From: Neocallimastix sp. 'constans'
Taxonomy: Eukaryota
Direction: 5' to 3'
NCBI GenBank assembly: GCA_050613775.1
Contig: JBODTK010000148.1
Location: forward strand, 310,001-374,000
DNA length: 64,000 nt
Under the pieces are notes generated by a model. It saw nothing but the letters and a program-made list of their open reading frames with translations. It searched no databases and was not told the DNA's origin. The translations under genes were made by a program, and so were the position numbers. Shown one piece after another: positions 29,709-45,005 of this stretch. Every line of letters starts with the position of its first letter. Position 1 is the stretch's first letter.

Positions 29709-30827
29709 TTTTTTTTTTTTTTTTTTCTCTATGTATTTTATATAAATATTAGAAAATAAAAATAAAGATTCAATATAGCAAGAAGTGAAAAATAGATATC
29801 TTAATGTTTATCCTTTATGAAAGAAAAAAAGATAATAATATAAAAAAATATATATATACTATTTCGTATGTATAATAATTTTTGAATATCAATATATATA
29901 TATATATTATATATATATATAATTTTTTTTTTTTTTTTTTTTTTTTTTATTATTAAATAATAATTATAATAATTATTGATAATTAGTTTAATATTATTTT
30001 ATATATATATATATTTTATATTTTATGATCATTTTAATATGTATTATGTATTATCTTATTTTTTTTATTATTATTATTTCTTTTTTTTTTTTTTTTTTTT
30101 TTTTTAAATAAATATTATTATAATATTTAATTTTTACTGCGAATAAAATTGTTTGTTGTTATTTTTTTTGTTTTTAATTTTTTATTATTATAATTATTAT
30201 TTATTTATTTTTTTTTTTTTATTTTTTTAAAAATTTTGTTGATTTTAAAGTTTAAATTCACCATAGTAAAAATTATTTAATAATAATATTAATATAATAA
30301 TATAATAACAATTATTATAAAAAAGAAAAAATCAATTTTTATTATAAATTTAAATTTGTAAAACCATAATTTATAATTAAATATAAGAATTTTATTTTAT
30401 TTTATTTTTTTTTTTTTTATTTGAAATTAAATGTTTAAATACATTAATACATTTATGTTCTATATTATTGTTATATACTATTATTATTATTATTTTTTTT
30501 AATAATAATATTGACTTTACTATAATGAACAGTATTTTTTTTGATATTAATGTAGAAGAAAATGTAATAATTAAATAATTTTTACATTTAATATATATAT
30601 TTTATGATTAGAGAAAGCAATACAACAATATGAAAGAAACATAAAGTAGACACATGCTCCATATTATCCAAAATATAAATTAATGATAATAATAATTATA
30701 ATTATAATAATAATAATAATTATAATAATAATTATAATAATAGTAATAATAATAATAATAATAATTATAATAATAATAATAAAATAATAATAATATAATA
30801 ATAATATAATAATAAAACAAAAATAAT

Positions 30828-31223
30828 GGGAGAGTTGCATTTCCCCAAATTGCATTTCGCCAGGTTGCATTTCGACAAGTGGCGTAGTATTAAAATGTTG
30901 CATTTCCCCAAGTTGCATTTCCCCAAGTTGCTTTTCGCCAGGTTGCATTTCGATAAATAGAGTATTGATATAAATAAATGAATAAATAAATAAATATTAA
31001 TTCAAAATATATTTTTTTTAAAATTGTTTTTATGTGATATTAATAATAATTAATTTTATTTATTGATTTATTTATTTATTTAATAATTTTCAATTTGGCG
31101 AAATGCAACTTGGCGAATTGCAATTTGGCGAAATGCCACATTTTTTTAATACGCCACATGCTTTCAAAAAAATTGGTGAAATGCAATCTGGCGAAATGCA
31201 ATTTAGCGAAATGCCCCACACCC
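30828..31223. mobile_element. Non-autonomous foldback/Mutator-type element (MITE) with arrayed 15-bp subterminal repeats and a 9-bp TSD
   Basis: Starts GGG and ends CCC. Left arm has tandem TTGCATTTC(G/C)CCA(A/G)G units; right arm has their reverse complement. AAAAATAAT flanks both sides (30819-30827 and 31224-31232). Confidence 0.8.
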
Positions 31224-31267
31224 AAAAATAATAATACAATAATAATAAAATACTAATAGGGTTAGGG

Positions 31268-31306
31268 TTATAATTCGAATACTAACCCCTAGTATTCGAA
31301 TTATAA
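31268..31306. repeat. Perfect 17-bp-stem hairpin preceded by TAGGGTTAGGGTTA
   Basis: ttataattcgaatacta-acccc-tagtattcgaattataa. Confidence 0.9.
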
Positions 31307-31387
31307 TAATAGTTAATAATAATAATAATAAAATAATAGTAGTAAGTAGTAATTATAATAATAATAATAATAGTATTAGTAATATTA

Positions 31388-31447
<60 letters not shown>

Positions 31448-31699
31448 TAATTGTCAATATTTATAAATATTCGATAAAATAAATTGTATAATATTTCATA
31501 TTAATATAATAAAATATATGCAATATTTGTATATATAATATAAATATATATGCATAAATCAATGTAATATTATATGATATCATTAGTATATGTAAATAAA
31601 TTATAAAATTATTCATATTCATTATAAATATAATTATAAAAAACGTAATTATAAATAGGGAAAATCTAAAGTCAATAAATACCAGTATATTAAATAAGC

Positions 31700-32036
31700 A
31701 TGTAATGGAAAGTTATGGAAACCCAAATGAACTAAAGAAAAAGAAAAAAATAAACCATCAAAGAAAATGACTGGTTATATTAGCTATTAAAGAGAATATA
31801 TAACGATAATGTGAATTTTGAAGAAAATCCTTCTCTATTAAAAGAAAAGAAAAATGTTAAACGTACAGTAGGATTAATAAATCATGCTATAGAATTGGCT
31901 AAACCTATAGAAGGAAAAAAAAAAAAAAAAAAGAAAGAAATCCATTACATAAATTCAAATAATAATATTTATTCTTTTTGGATAATTTTAATAAATCATA
32001 ATGGTTATTTGACTAATATTATGAATTTATTGAAAA

Positions 32037-32068
<32 letters not shown>

Positions 32069-33033
32069 TAAAATTAATGCAAAACAAAACTACATGCATA
32101 TTTGACGGTTATAGAAAATTTACTTTTATGATAAACAATCATAAAAATTAACTTTAAGCGCATCGTTTATTCCAAAGATATGGTAAAGAACACATTGTTA
32201 GTGTCCATGAATTGATAAAACTGGGAAGAACATTATTAGTAGCAACGAATTAATAAAAAAAAAAAAAAATAAAAAAAAACTGGTGATTATAGTAATTACG
32301 GGAACCAACTAATAATGATATGGTTTAGTTGACTCTGAAGGAATCTATCTAGGAGGGGACGTTTGTTGGAACTATTTCATTTAAATGAATACAATGAAAT
32401 TATTATCTCAACTTCTAATTATGTTAATGAAATGGAATGTTCTACAAATAAAAATATCTTTTTTACAGCGAAGAAAAAGGATGAAGAAAGTAAAAGAATA
32501 ATACGGCATCCACATTTTAGACCATGACTTCTTAATAATAATCCAAACAACAATTATTGTCTCAGTTTATCCTTAACAAAAAAATAATAAAAAGACCTTT
32601 AAGAAAATAATTTCCACATTCCTTTATTCTAAGAATTTCTATGTAGAAAGATTCATCATAAAATTTAGAAATATTAATTTTTTTTTAAAAAATATTTGTT
32701 GCTTCTATTATTAAATTCAGTCATCCTACCCCATTCTCTCTCTTTCACTGCTTAAAGTTAATTTTCGTTCTTACTATTATAATTCCATCGGTTTACTCAA
32801 CAAAATTCGATATTAAAGCAATCGTATCTCAATACCGTCTTGGACAAGAAAATCTACACTACTATTCTTCTAGGAGATACTTACTTTAGTAAGGGGTAAT
32901 TGGAGGTTGAATTAAGCCTTATATGGATTAAAACCATCTGTCAGGCAATGGAACAAAGATCATAACAATATTCCTTCAGGACAATGGCTACGAAGAAACT
33001 TATTTCCTAAAAATGTATATTCATGAAAAACAG

Positions 33034-33066
<33 letters not shown>

Positions 33067-34030
33067 AAAAGTTACTTGTATAATTGGATTAAGCGTTGAC
33101 GATGCGGTATGGTCATCACAAGGAACAACAACGAAATCAAAAAAATATCACTTTAATCATTAAAGGAAAATTGTAGTAATTTCAAAGTTTGAACCAATAG
33201 ACTTTATTCTTGGAATTAAAGCGGGAAAACGTTAACAATACATATGTAAATCTCATAAGAAAGCTTGATCAACAATATATTACAGAGATTTCAATATCAA
33301 ACACACCAGGAAAACATACACTCCGTGTATGAACGATATTATTAAAAGTGAGAATACAAAACCGTTTGATAAGACCGTATACAAAAGTTCAATAGGTATG
33401 CCGATCTATTTATCAAAGTGCCTTAGACCAGTCATATTATTTGCAGTACATAAAGCCACAAGAAATTCCAAAAATCCAACTGTTTCAGATTGGATTAAGA
33501 TAACACACATTTTGAAATATATTAATACAACTAAAAATTAAAAAATACATTATAACAGAAAAGGAAAAATAATTGCTTATACTGAGTCTAATTGCTTTGG
33601 AAATATAAAGTATAGAAAATCCACATCAGGCAACAGCATTTTAATGGGTAACAGTCCAATATATTGGGCTTCCAAGAAACAAAAACAACTACTGCCACCT
33701 CCATCACTGAAGCTGAATATATTATCACTTCTGAATGCACTAAGAAGGTCTTTTGGATCGGAAACATTTTACAGGAATTATTTAATTTCCATAATCCAAT
33801 TAAAATTAACACTGACCCAAAAGAATTTTAAACCCATAACTAGCAAAACCCATATTGAGAAAGACGAAATTAATACAAAATTAAAAATAGATCGATATTA
33901 AATTTTTCTTCAATAAAGACAATATCAATAAAGGTAAAATAGCCTTAGATTATATTGAATCAAAAAGAAATGCTAGCTGATATTCTAACAAAGAATAAAA
34001 ATAGTAAAGATGCAGATAACTTTGCAAACA
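31700..34030 (+). mobile_element. Highly degenerate Ty1/Copia remnant (RT-RNase H recognisable)
   Basis: ALYGLK (~32916), VDD (~33095), YKSSIG...LRP.I.FAV, GNSPIYWASKKQK, TEAEY, MLADILTK (~33970). Many stops and frameshifts. Left boundary approximate. Confidence 0.8.
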
Positions 34031-34557
34031 AATAATAATAATAATAAAATAATAATAATAATATAAATATAAATCATAAATGATTATGTAAAATTTAAAA
34101 TGTGAAATTATCATTATTTATGTTAATACATATTTTTATGTAAATCATCATAATAATCATTTACATAAACAATTCATAAATTCACTTGAAATAATTTCAT
34201 AATGAAAATTTCCGAATGTAGTCTCTAAATAATCTAAATAATTTCAAAATAAATCATTAATAATAATTATAATAATAATACTAATAATTATAATAATACA
34301 ATAATAATACTAATAATTATAATAAATACGATAATACTAATACTAATACTAATACTACTACTACTAATAATAATAATAAATTAATATAATAAATTTGAAA
34401 AAAAGTTATATGATGATTTTTTATATAAATTTATTAGAGTGAAATTGTAAAAAAAATTTTTTTATGTACAAGGAATAATATACATTTTTTTTTATAGATA
34501 CATAGAATTAATCTATGAGAAAAATAAACAATTGTTACACTTTAAATATTAAGAAAA

Positions 34558-34825
34558 TTACAATTAATATTTAATTAATACATATTTAATGTATTTTTAT
34601 TTTTATTAATGCTATATATAATATAGTTTTGCTTTTACGTATTATCATAAAATATCTCTCAAACTTTTTATAAATATTAGTAAAAATAAATTTACAATTA
34701 ATATTTAATTAATACATATTTAATGTATTTTTATTTTTATTAATGCTATATATAATATAGTTTTGCTTTTACGTATTATCATAAAATATCTCTCAAACTT
34801 TTTATAAATATTAGTAAAAATAAAT
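34558..34825. repeat. Direct tandem duplication of 134 bp
   Basis: ttacaattaatatttaattaatac...ttagtaaaaataaat at 34558-34691 and again at 34692-34825. Confidence 0.9.
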
Positions 34826-35320
34826 AAGTACGTTAATATAAATTATATTTATGATCAATGATATTATAATTATTTGCTATTTCGTACTATTAATACATAC
34901 ATATTATTATTTTTATTTATTTTTTAAGAAAAAATACATTAATGTAATTAATATTTATTTTATAGATTAAAAAAAAAAATTGTTTACTATTATTATTAAT
35001 ACATATGTATAAATAATTTATTTTTTTATTATAATATGATTATTTTTTTTATATCATAACAGTATCCACATGATATTACAAGTGTAAATATATTATCATA
35101 AAACATAAATTAATGAACTTTCTTTGAATATGTGTAAAGATAAATAAATAAATAAAAAAAAAAAAAATAATAAACAAATTTTTAATATAAAAGTAATTAA
35201 TATATTATTAATTTATTTTAATAATATTTAAATCAGATATATTTTAATAGTTTAATTTTATATTTTTTAAATAAATTAGTTAAATTAATTACAGTGTTAT
35301 TATTCTTTTTGGACTCTATC

Positions 35321-35354
<34 letters not shown>

Positions 35355-35999
35355 TTTAAATTTTGTCATATAAAGGTTAATCATCTATTCATTTTCCAAA
35401 TAATCCCTATTTTTATTAAGTTCTTAGTAAATCTATATAAATATTATTTATATATTTAACTACAATATTTTCAATCCTTAATTCATTTGTTTTTATAATA
35501 AATTTCATATATTTTTTAGAAAATTAATAAATTTATAAAAAATATATATATAGAAATATATTTTTTTTTTTCATTTATTTCATTTAAATAAAATATAATA
35601 AATATTTAATAATGCTTTTTCAATTATTTTTAAATAAATTTATTATATATATTCATATATTATTATTATATTTATATTTATAAAAAACAATTCAATTATT
35701 AAATTCTATAATGATTATGTATTGATATTAATATAAGATTTTTTATATTATATCTTTTTAATATTCATGTTATTTAAAGTTTTTAAATAATAAAGTTATA
35801 TATAAAATGTTATATTAATATTAAATATTGTTAATAAAAAAAAAAATTTTTATAAACATCTTTAGATTAACCACATTTTTTTTTTGTTTGGTTAATATAA
35901 TTACATAAGTAATAATAATGTTATTAAACGGCCTTAAATGATATATAATTATTTTCTTAAAATATTAATTTATATTTAATAATATTTTGAATAACAAAA

Positions 36000-36047
<48 letters not shown>

Positions 36048-36574
36048 AATACTTTAAGCTTATCAATACTAAATATATATAATGGATGTTGTTCAATGTT
36101 AAATAAATATATAAATATATATATATATATATATTTTTTTTTTTTGTTGAAAATTATCATTAAATATAGAAAGTAAAATATTATGGAGTTTTGAATTAAC
36201 TTTATATTTACATTTGGAATAAATATATATTGTATTGTTAAAATATAAAAAGGATTCTGTTTAATATTTTTTTTTTTTTTTTTTATCTTTATCTCAATTT
36301 TGCAATCTAATATGACTATTAAGAGTTAAATTAATTAATAATAATGATAATGATAATAACAATATTTAATTTTAATGAATCTTTTAAATTTACAAAATTT
36401 CTCACTCTTTTTTTTTATATATATATTTTTATTTTATTTTATTTTGTAAAATATAATTATAAATATTTAAATAGATTTTCATTTTAAAATTTAATTTAAT
36501 TCAAAATATTAATTTTAAATAAATAATAAAAAAAAAATTTTTTTTATTAAAAATTAAATAATTATTTGTTAATG

Positions 36575-36616
<42 letters not shown>

Positions 36617-36698
36617 AAAATTTAAAAAAAAATTATCATTCATTCATTCATCTTTTCAGTTTTCTTTTTTATTATTTATTTAAATTTGTTTTAATTAT

Positions 36699-36888
<190 letters not shown>

Positions 36889-39760
36889 TAATAATAATAA
36901 TAAATAATAATAAATTTTTTTTATTATTGTAAGATTTAAACTTTTTAATTAAATCTTTCGGAAAAAATTTTAAAATAAAACAAAATAAAAAAAAAAAAGG
37001 GATCATCCATTTTAAATAATATATTATATATTGATAGGAAAAAATTTTTTTTTCTGTTTTTTTCTATTTTTTAATAATGTATACATTAGTGGCTTTAATT
37101 AACGTAATTTACTCTATACAAAATAACTAATTAATAAATTCAATAAATTTTACATATTATAAAAGCTTAATTTTTTATTTTATTTTATTTTATTAATAAT
37201 TAATTATATATAATAAATTTATATTAAAATAAATTTAATTTATATATTTTTATATTAAAATGAATATAATCTATATATTTTTATATTAAAATAAATATAA
37301 TCTATATATTTTATTTTAATACTAAATGTAGAAATGAATTTCTCTATTATTTATAATAATCATAGAAATAATTTGATAAAAACTGTGATAATATTTATAA
37401 ATATTATAAATATAATCTATATTTATAATATCTCTATATATAATTTTTTATTTGTTTTAATTTTTTTTTTTTTGTTATTAATAATTATATATATAATAGT
37501 GATTGTAAAAGTTAAAAAATGAAAAAATAAAAAAAAAAAATTTTTATCTCCATTTTTATTTATTTGGAAGATACTTTAAATTTTTAAGCTTATTAGAATT
37601 ATAATATAATTATGGAATTGTTCAAAGAACTAATTCTATTTATTTTAAACTTATAAAGAATAAGAATATTATATTATATATGGAATAGTTCTGAATAATT
37701 AACAGAAAATGACACTATACAAAAAAAAAAAAAAAGGAATAATATAAAATTGGTTAAAATCAAATCAAACGCTTTTATATATAATTAATAAATATTAAAT
37801 ATTAAATATTATTTAGTAATATATATATATTTATTTATTTTTTAATTGATTTGAAATAAAAATATTAAATTTTAATATTATATGATATAACGGAAATAAC
37901 TATACAAACATATCAGACATATTATATATAATATATATTAGATAAAGATTGTAATAAAAAAAATTTTTTTTTTTAAATAAAAATATTCATTTATATATTA
38001 AGTATATTTATTAATTTATATTATGTAGAATTATTAATGAATAATTACTTTTTTTATACTATGAAATGGTTATATATAAAAAAGAAAAAAAAAAACAAAA
38101 CTTCTTTTGAATATAGAATAGTACATATTAAATTATATATGGTTCTTAATAGCTAAAAAAAAAAAAAAGGAAGATGAATAGAAAGAACAAAAATAATTAT
38201 TAAAGCTAATAAATTAAACGAGAAAATTATTAAAGCTTATAAATCAATAAATAAATTTATTATTATTTTATTGCCATAAAATAATTTTTTTTTTTTTTGA
38301 AATTTTTTTTTGTTATTTATTCCTCATTCTATTAAGAAGGTATTTGTATCATCAATCAAAGAAAAAGCGGTATATAAATATATAAAACTATAAAAATATT
38401 TCAATATAAATATAAATATTTCAATATAAATATAAATATAAATGTATAAACATTTGAATATAAATTTATATATATAACGAATGATAATTTTAATCCTAAT
38501 TTATATCCTAATATATTATAAATTTATTATATTTATTAAATTTAAATATTAATTTTTAAAATTTTTTTTTTTAAAATAAATATAAATAGAGTTTTTAATA
38601 TAATATCTTTTTTTATTTTCTATTTTATTTTATTATAATAATTTATATTTTATTTTATATTTATTATTTTTAATATAAAAAAAATTTTTTTTTTCAGTAA
38701 TCATCAATATATGTTATTTTATTTTTTATTTTTTATTTTTATACTTTTAATATATGTACACTTTATAGTGAATTTATTGATAATTTAAATAAATAACTTA
38801 TTAATTATTTTTTATTTTTATCTTTATTTTTATTTTTTTTAAAAAAAAGAAGGAAAAATATAAATAAATAAAAAATAAATTCCTTTTTTTTTTTATTCTT
38901 ATTTTATTTTTTAATTTTATTTTTTTTTTTTGAATTATTTTTATATTTCTTTTCTTTCTTTTCTTTTTTTATTAAAATTTTTATATTGTTCTGAGGTACT
39001 ACTGGAGAAATACAAAAAAAAAAAGGTTCGCCAAATAGTTATATAAATATATGAAAAGTAAATTAAAACAAGAATTATCAAACATATACTGGTTTATTTT
39101 GGATATATGAGAGAAAGCAGTTCAACTCAATAAAGTATAATAATAAGTAAAAATAAAACAATTAACAATCACTATTAAAAGAAAGGTTAGAATTTACAGT
39201 TTATAGGAAATTTTGAAATTACAATAATAGAAATAATAATTGAAATAATAATAATAAAAAAAAAGGTTAATAATATTATTCCTATATTACAAGAAGAAAA
39301 TTTCAAAACCATACCGAATATTACGAACAATACAGATAAGAAAAAAAAAAAAAAAAATTTAAAAACAGATAATTACAAGAACAAGTATATATATATTTAT
39401 TAACGAGCAGGAAATTTATTATTGAAATAAAAGTAATTTATTTAAGGGCAAAAAAAAAAAAAAAAGTAAAAAATAAAAAAAAAAAACTATTAAAATAACA
39501 TTTTTAATAAATATTATTAGAAGAAAATTTGAATAAGTGGTATCAAAATATCTCAAATATAATTCGTACTATATAAATAAAGGGAAATTATATAAAAATA
39601 ATTATAATTTTATTATTTTTTTATACTTATTTAAGAAAACTTTGTATATATAAAAATCTTAACCGAATAAATTAAATTAAGTTAAATTGAACTCTATATT
39701 TTTATTTAAGGGAAAAAAAATAAAAAAAAAAAAAAAAAAAAAAGAGAGAGAGAGAGAGAA

Positions 39761-40600
39761 ATGATTTATTGTAAATTTAATGTTATATTTTTAATAATAT
39801 TATTTTGTTCCATTATAAAAGTTCGTTCTGAAGAAGAGGATGATGATAAAGATAAAACTACTATCTATGTTACAGTGACAGCTAATTCTACAACAGAAGA
39901 AGCGACGCCTACGAAAGATGAAACTATTCCAACTTCCACGGTTGAAATCGAAAAACTACCTGAATATATAAAATTTGAAGATGCACTAAAACAAACCGAA
40001 GATCAATGTATGAAACATGTTTATGTTGTTTCTCTTAATCTTTTCCATGCTAATCAAATTGGTAATGTTGACTGTGGCAATGGTCATTTCAGTTCTTTAG
40101 AAAGTTTGAGAAAAGCAAAACCCTGTAAAAATAATCCAAAACTTCAATATGCTATTGAATATATGGATGCTAATATTCGTCTTATGTGCCATACCTATTC
40201 TACTGGTACTTATACTTATGAAGGTAAACAAGAGAAGAAACTTTGCCCAATAATTCAACTTATGAAAACAAATTATACAAAATATGAAGAAAATCTATTT
40301 GATGGATGTAAGAAAAACGATACCTGTATTGAAGATATTCTTAAGGATTATAAGAGTATAGAAAGAATTCGTACTAAACTTAAGGAAATTGATAATGATG
40401 ATGAAAAAGTTTCCTATAAAATTAATGGAGGTAATGAAACCGTTTTCTTTAAGATGAATATTACCGATTCCATTTTTAAACAACTTGAATCCAAATGTCC
40501 AACCTATATAAATATTACAAGTAGTGCTTTATCGGTGACTATTTCATTTAGTACTCTTATTGCTTTTTCTATATTTATGATTTTTATTGGTAGAATGTAA
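39761..40600 (+). CDS. Secreted Cys-rich surface protein, probably GPI- or tail-anchored, function unknown (279 aa, single exon)
   Basis: Signal-peptide-like N-terminus, acidic and Thr-rich linker, a domain with 8 Cys, C-terminal SSA followed by a hydrophobic tail. GC is raised against the flanks. Confidence 0.85.
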   Translation: MIYCKFNVIFLIILFCSIIKVRSEEEDDDKDKTTIYVTVTANSTTEEATPTKDETIPTSTVEIEKLPEYIKFEDALKQTEDQCMKHVYVVSLNLFHANQIGNVDCGNGHFSSLESLRKAKPCKNNPKLQYAIEYMDANIRLMCHTYSTGTYTYEGKQEKKLCPIIQLMKTNYTKYEENLFDGCKKNDTCIEDILKDYKSIERIRTKLKEIDNDDEKVSYKINGGNETVFFKMNITDSIFKQLESKCPTYINITSSALSVTISFSTLIAFSIFMIFIGRM

Positions 40601-40824
40601 AAAAATTTGAAAACCAAGATTAATAAATAAAATAATAACAATAATTAAAATAAAAGATAAAAATATTAATAATAGGGAAAACTATTTTATTATTTATATA
40701 TATATATTATTACTCTTCACTCATTTCTTAATTATTATCAATTAATTTTTATAATATATATATATATATAAATGTAATTATAAAAATGAATAAATAAATA
40801 AACAATTATAATGAAATATGTGAA

Positions 40825-40855
<31 letters not shown>

Positions 40856-41291
40856 GAAATAGAATTATAATATTGAAGTAAAAATAAAAACAACAATTTT
40901 AGGGAAAAAATAATAGAAATTATTTAAATATAATTGTGATAGCCTATGTATATGAAATAATAATAATAATAATAATTATAATAATTAATGGATCATAAAA
41001 ATATATATATATACATTAAATTATTTAATATTAAATATAAAATAATCCACCTTGGAATAACGCCATTAACCATAAAAACGTTAATATTTTTATAATAGTA
41101 TAATTATATTTAATTTTAGTAACAATTAAAAATCAAAATAATATTATAATCGAGGGGAAAAAAAAAGTATATATATATATATATATATTATTATTATTAT
41201 TATTATTATATTTTTTTTTTATTTTTAAAATTTTTTTTTTTTTTTGTAAATTTCAGTAGAATTTAATTAAAAGCAGTTTGATAAAATAAAA

Positions 41292-41325
<34 letters not shown>

Positions 41326-41587
41326 ATTAAAGAATAAATCGCTTCATTTATCATTGATTATTTGCTCAATAAAAAAAAAATGAAGCATATATATATATGT
41401 ATTAGTAATAATTAATCAGTTTTTACATTAATATAAGAATAAATAGTAAAAAAAAAAAAAAAGGATTAGATGATATATAGGAATATAAGTAATTTTTTTT
41501 TTCTCAAGTAATTAATAATAGTAATGAGTATAATAAAGAAAAAAGAAAAATATGATGAATTTTTTTTTTTTTTTATATTATTTCTCA

Positions 41588-41618
<31 letters not shown>

Positions 41619-43519
41619 TTTATTTTTAATATTTATTTTATTTTGTTTATTTATTTATTATTTATTATTATTATTTTTTTTTATATTTTTACAAAATTAT
41701 AGTTAAAACAAAACAAAAACTACATATAGAAATTATCAATAATAAAAATAAAAAATATATTGATAAATTATATATATTCAAAAAAAAAAAAAATATATAT
41801 ATATATATATATGTATATTATTATTTTATTTTGCTTTTATTTTATTTTTTTTTATTATAAAATTAATAATTGGTTATATTTATTTATTTCATTTTTTTAT
41901 TTTCATATCATTGCCATATAAGAAGGAAAATTATATATTATTTAATTATTTAATTATTTAATTATTTATTATTATTTAAATTGAATAATTAAAAATTTAT
42001 TATATATTATAAATTCATTCATTTAGTTATTGAATAAGAAACTATTTTATTTTTTAAAATATATATTTAAATATATTATATAATCTATTTTTATTTATTT
42101 CTAAATCTTATTATAATTTATTTATTTATGTTGTATTAAAAAAAAAATGAAAAAATATGGCGTTAAATTACATTAATATAAAAGCCACATTATGAAATAC
42201 AACACCACATCCCTTTATTTATATAAATAAACGAATAAAAAATAAATAGAAAATTGAAAATAGAAAATAAAAAATTTAAAAAAGATATTTTATAAAAAAT
42301 AGAAACAATACTTATTTAATAATCAATATAATAAATATTCAGTATGTTGTATCCTAGAATTTTACTATTTTTATTGTTCTAGTAATGGTATTTAAATAAT
42401 TAAAATTAACTATAAACCTATATTTAATAATAATAATAATATAATATACTTAATTATATTAAAACATTCATAAAATTAATGAATTTTTTTTTTTTTTTTT
42501 TTTTTTATATAAATAATAATACTTTTTGTGAAAATAGTAATAGAATAATTATTTTAATAATATTAAATTATATAGAATTTAAATATTTTTTTTTTTTTTG
42601 AAAATTACATTATAATCACTAATTTATTTTCTTATTTTTTATTCATTGATTTATATCTATACGTCACTTGATGAAATGAAACTCTTCATGTAATAAGCCA
42701 CAATGAAAGATAAAACATGATGTAATTAAACTTGGAAAAATAAATCTTGGCGTCATCTATCACATTCCTTTGAAAAATAATTTTCAATTTGCTAAAGAAA
42801 AAAAAAAAAATAAAAAAATAAAAAAAATTATATATATAATAATATAAACTAATAATAATATTAATGCAAATATTAATACTAATATTAATACTAATACTAA
42901 TACTAATAATAATTGATATATATAGTTTAATATAATAATATAGAAATATTAACAAGAAGGGAAGTGGATAGTACATTCATAATATTTTATATATAGAAGG
43001 AATATCACGTGAATATATTTGTGATATGCGGAAAATTTATGTGCAATAATTTATAAGCAGTGGGTTTTTTTAAATAATGGTTAGTTAGTAAAATTTATTA
43101 TAATAAAATTATAATATTCGTACAATTAAAATAATAATTCTAATTCCTAAAAATTTACAAGAGAGTCCTATATTACTAATCTAAATAATTTAATCTATTT
43201 ATAAGAAATAAGTAATATATTAATTATATATTCTAATATATAGAACTATGTAAATTTTATATGAATTAAAGTATTATAATTATTATAATTAATAATAATA
43301 CATATTGAAATAAAATAAAATAAAATAAAATAATTATTATCAAAAAGATATAAATTTAATATTTAATAATTATTATTAAATTCATTTGTTTTATATATAT
43401 ATGTTACACAAAATATTTAAAATGATTGATAGTATAAATTTATGCAACAAACGTATCAATAAAGTATCAATAAATATACACATAACGTAATATATATATA
43501 TTTATATATTATTTTATTT

Positions 43520-44231
43520 GTATCTTTGTACAATTTAAATCTTTTTTAATGTTTTTGGTGTCTCCATATTTTTAAGTTTATTTTTTTCTTGAATATATTA
43601 TCTCCAATAAAATTGATGTCTGAAATCTATATGTTTTTTAATTTGGTGTTAATTTCACCCTTTTCCATTATACATATACTTGCTTGGCTATCAGTATGGA
43701 TCATTATATTTAATTTCTTATTTAATATTTCTTTTAATAATATTTCTTAATTATATTATTTTCTTGACATTTTTCGAAGTGCTTAGATATTCAGTTTTTT
43801 GGGTAGAAGTAGCATGAATTCTTTGACTTTTTTTTTTTTTTTTTTTTTTATTGTTTCATCCCATTGTCTACCTGATTGCTTAAAGGCCATATAAGGCTTT
43901 ATTTAGCTTTTCTAATATCTCCCCTCCCAAAGTTTATATCTCCTTTAGGGAGGGTGGTGCAAATATCTTTATTGAGAGGAGCATTAAAATAATCATATTT
44001 TAAATATCAAAGTTGGAAGATGTTCCAGTGAAAACAGTGAAAAGCAGAAGAAGAAGAAGAAGAAAAAAAAAAAAAAAAAAAAAGAAATTAAGATGATCAA
44101 TATTTAAAGTAAGGGAGAATAAGTAAGGATCATCAATAATCAATACCCTCTCCCATTTTTTAACGGAGGGGGGGGGAAACCTCTGGATGGCAATAAGACG
44201 AGCTTTATATTTTATAAATAAAATTATTAAT

Positions 44232-44278
<47 letters not shown>

Positions 44279-44369
44279 ATTCTTTTCCTTCATTAGATTT
44301 AAATATATATATATTTTATTGTGTAATCCTTGAATTGATTTTTTATAAAAAAAAAAAAGTAAAGAATTC

Positions 44370-44465
<96 letters not shown>

Positions 44466-44509
44466 GTATGGAGCTTCATCCTTTATGACTTGAGAGTAAA
44501 TATCTAGAC

Positions 44510-44540
<31 letters not shown>

Positions 44541-44970
44541 TTTTTTTTGAAAATATTTTTAAAAAAATAAAACTTTTTTTTTTTTTTTTCTAGTTTAATA
44601 TATTATTTATTTATGAAAGATTTCATAAGTTCCCTATCCTTTCAATTTAGTAAATTGAACCATTGACACAATGTAACTTTATTGATTTAAATTTGAAGTT
44701 CTTAAGTAAAAAGATTTTATCATTTGTTACATGTTCGTTCCCCGCACTTCTATCATAAAAAAGCCACTATGTAATGTAATATCAAGCGTTATTTCTTTAT
44801 TATGATTAGTATAATCAATAGATTTATTGGTTTATCTCATCAAAATCGTGAATATATCTTTATTATTATTTGGAATAACCTCCAGTAAAATTAAAATTAT
44901 ATGTTTCTTCATTTATATTTTTTATTATTTTTTGTTTTGTTTTTATGATACATTAGTTCTTCTGAATCTT

Positions 44971-45005
<35 letters not shown>

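Noticed and set aside
30664..30948. ORF with MQLGE repeats
   Set aside because: Translation of the 15-bp MITE repeats plus an AAT tract.
42655..43050. Slightly GC-richer patch with ACGTCA/CACGTG motifs and a 96-aa ORF
   Set aside because: The ORF is low complexity and there is no nearby gene or recognisable homology to support a call.
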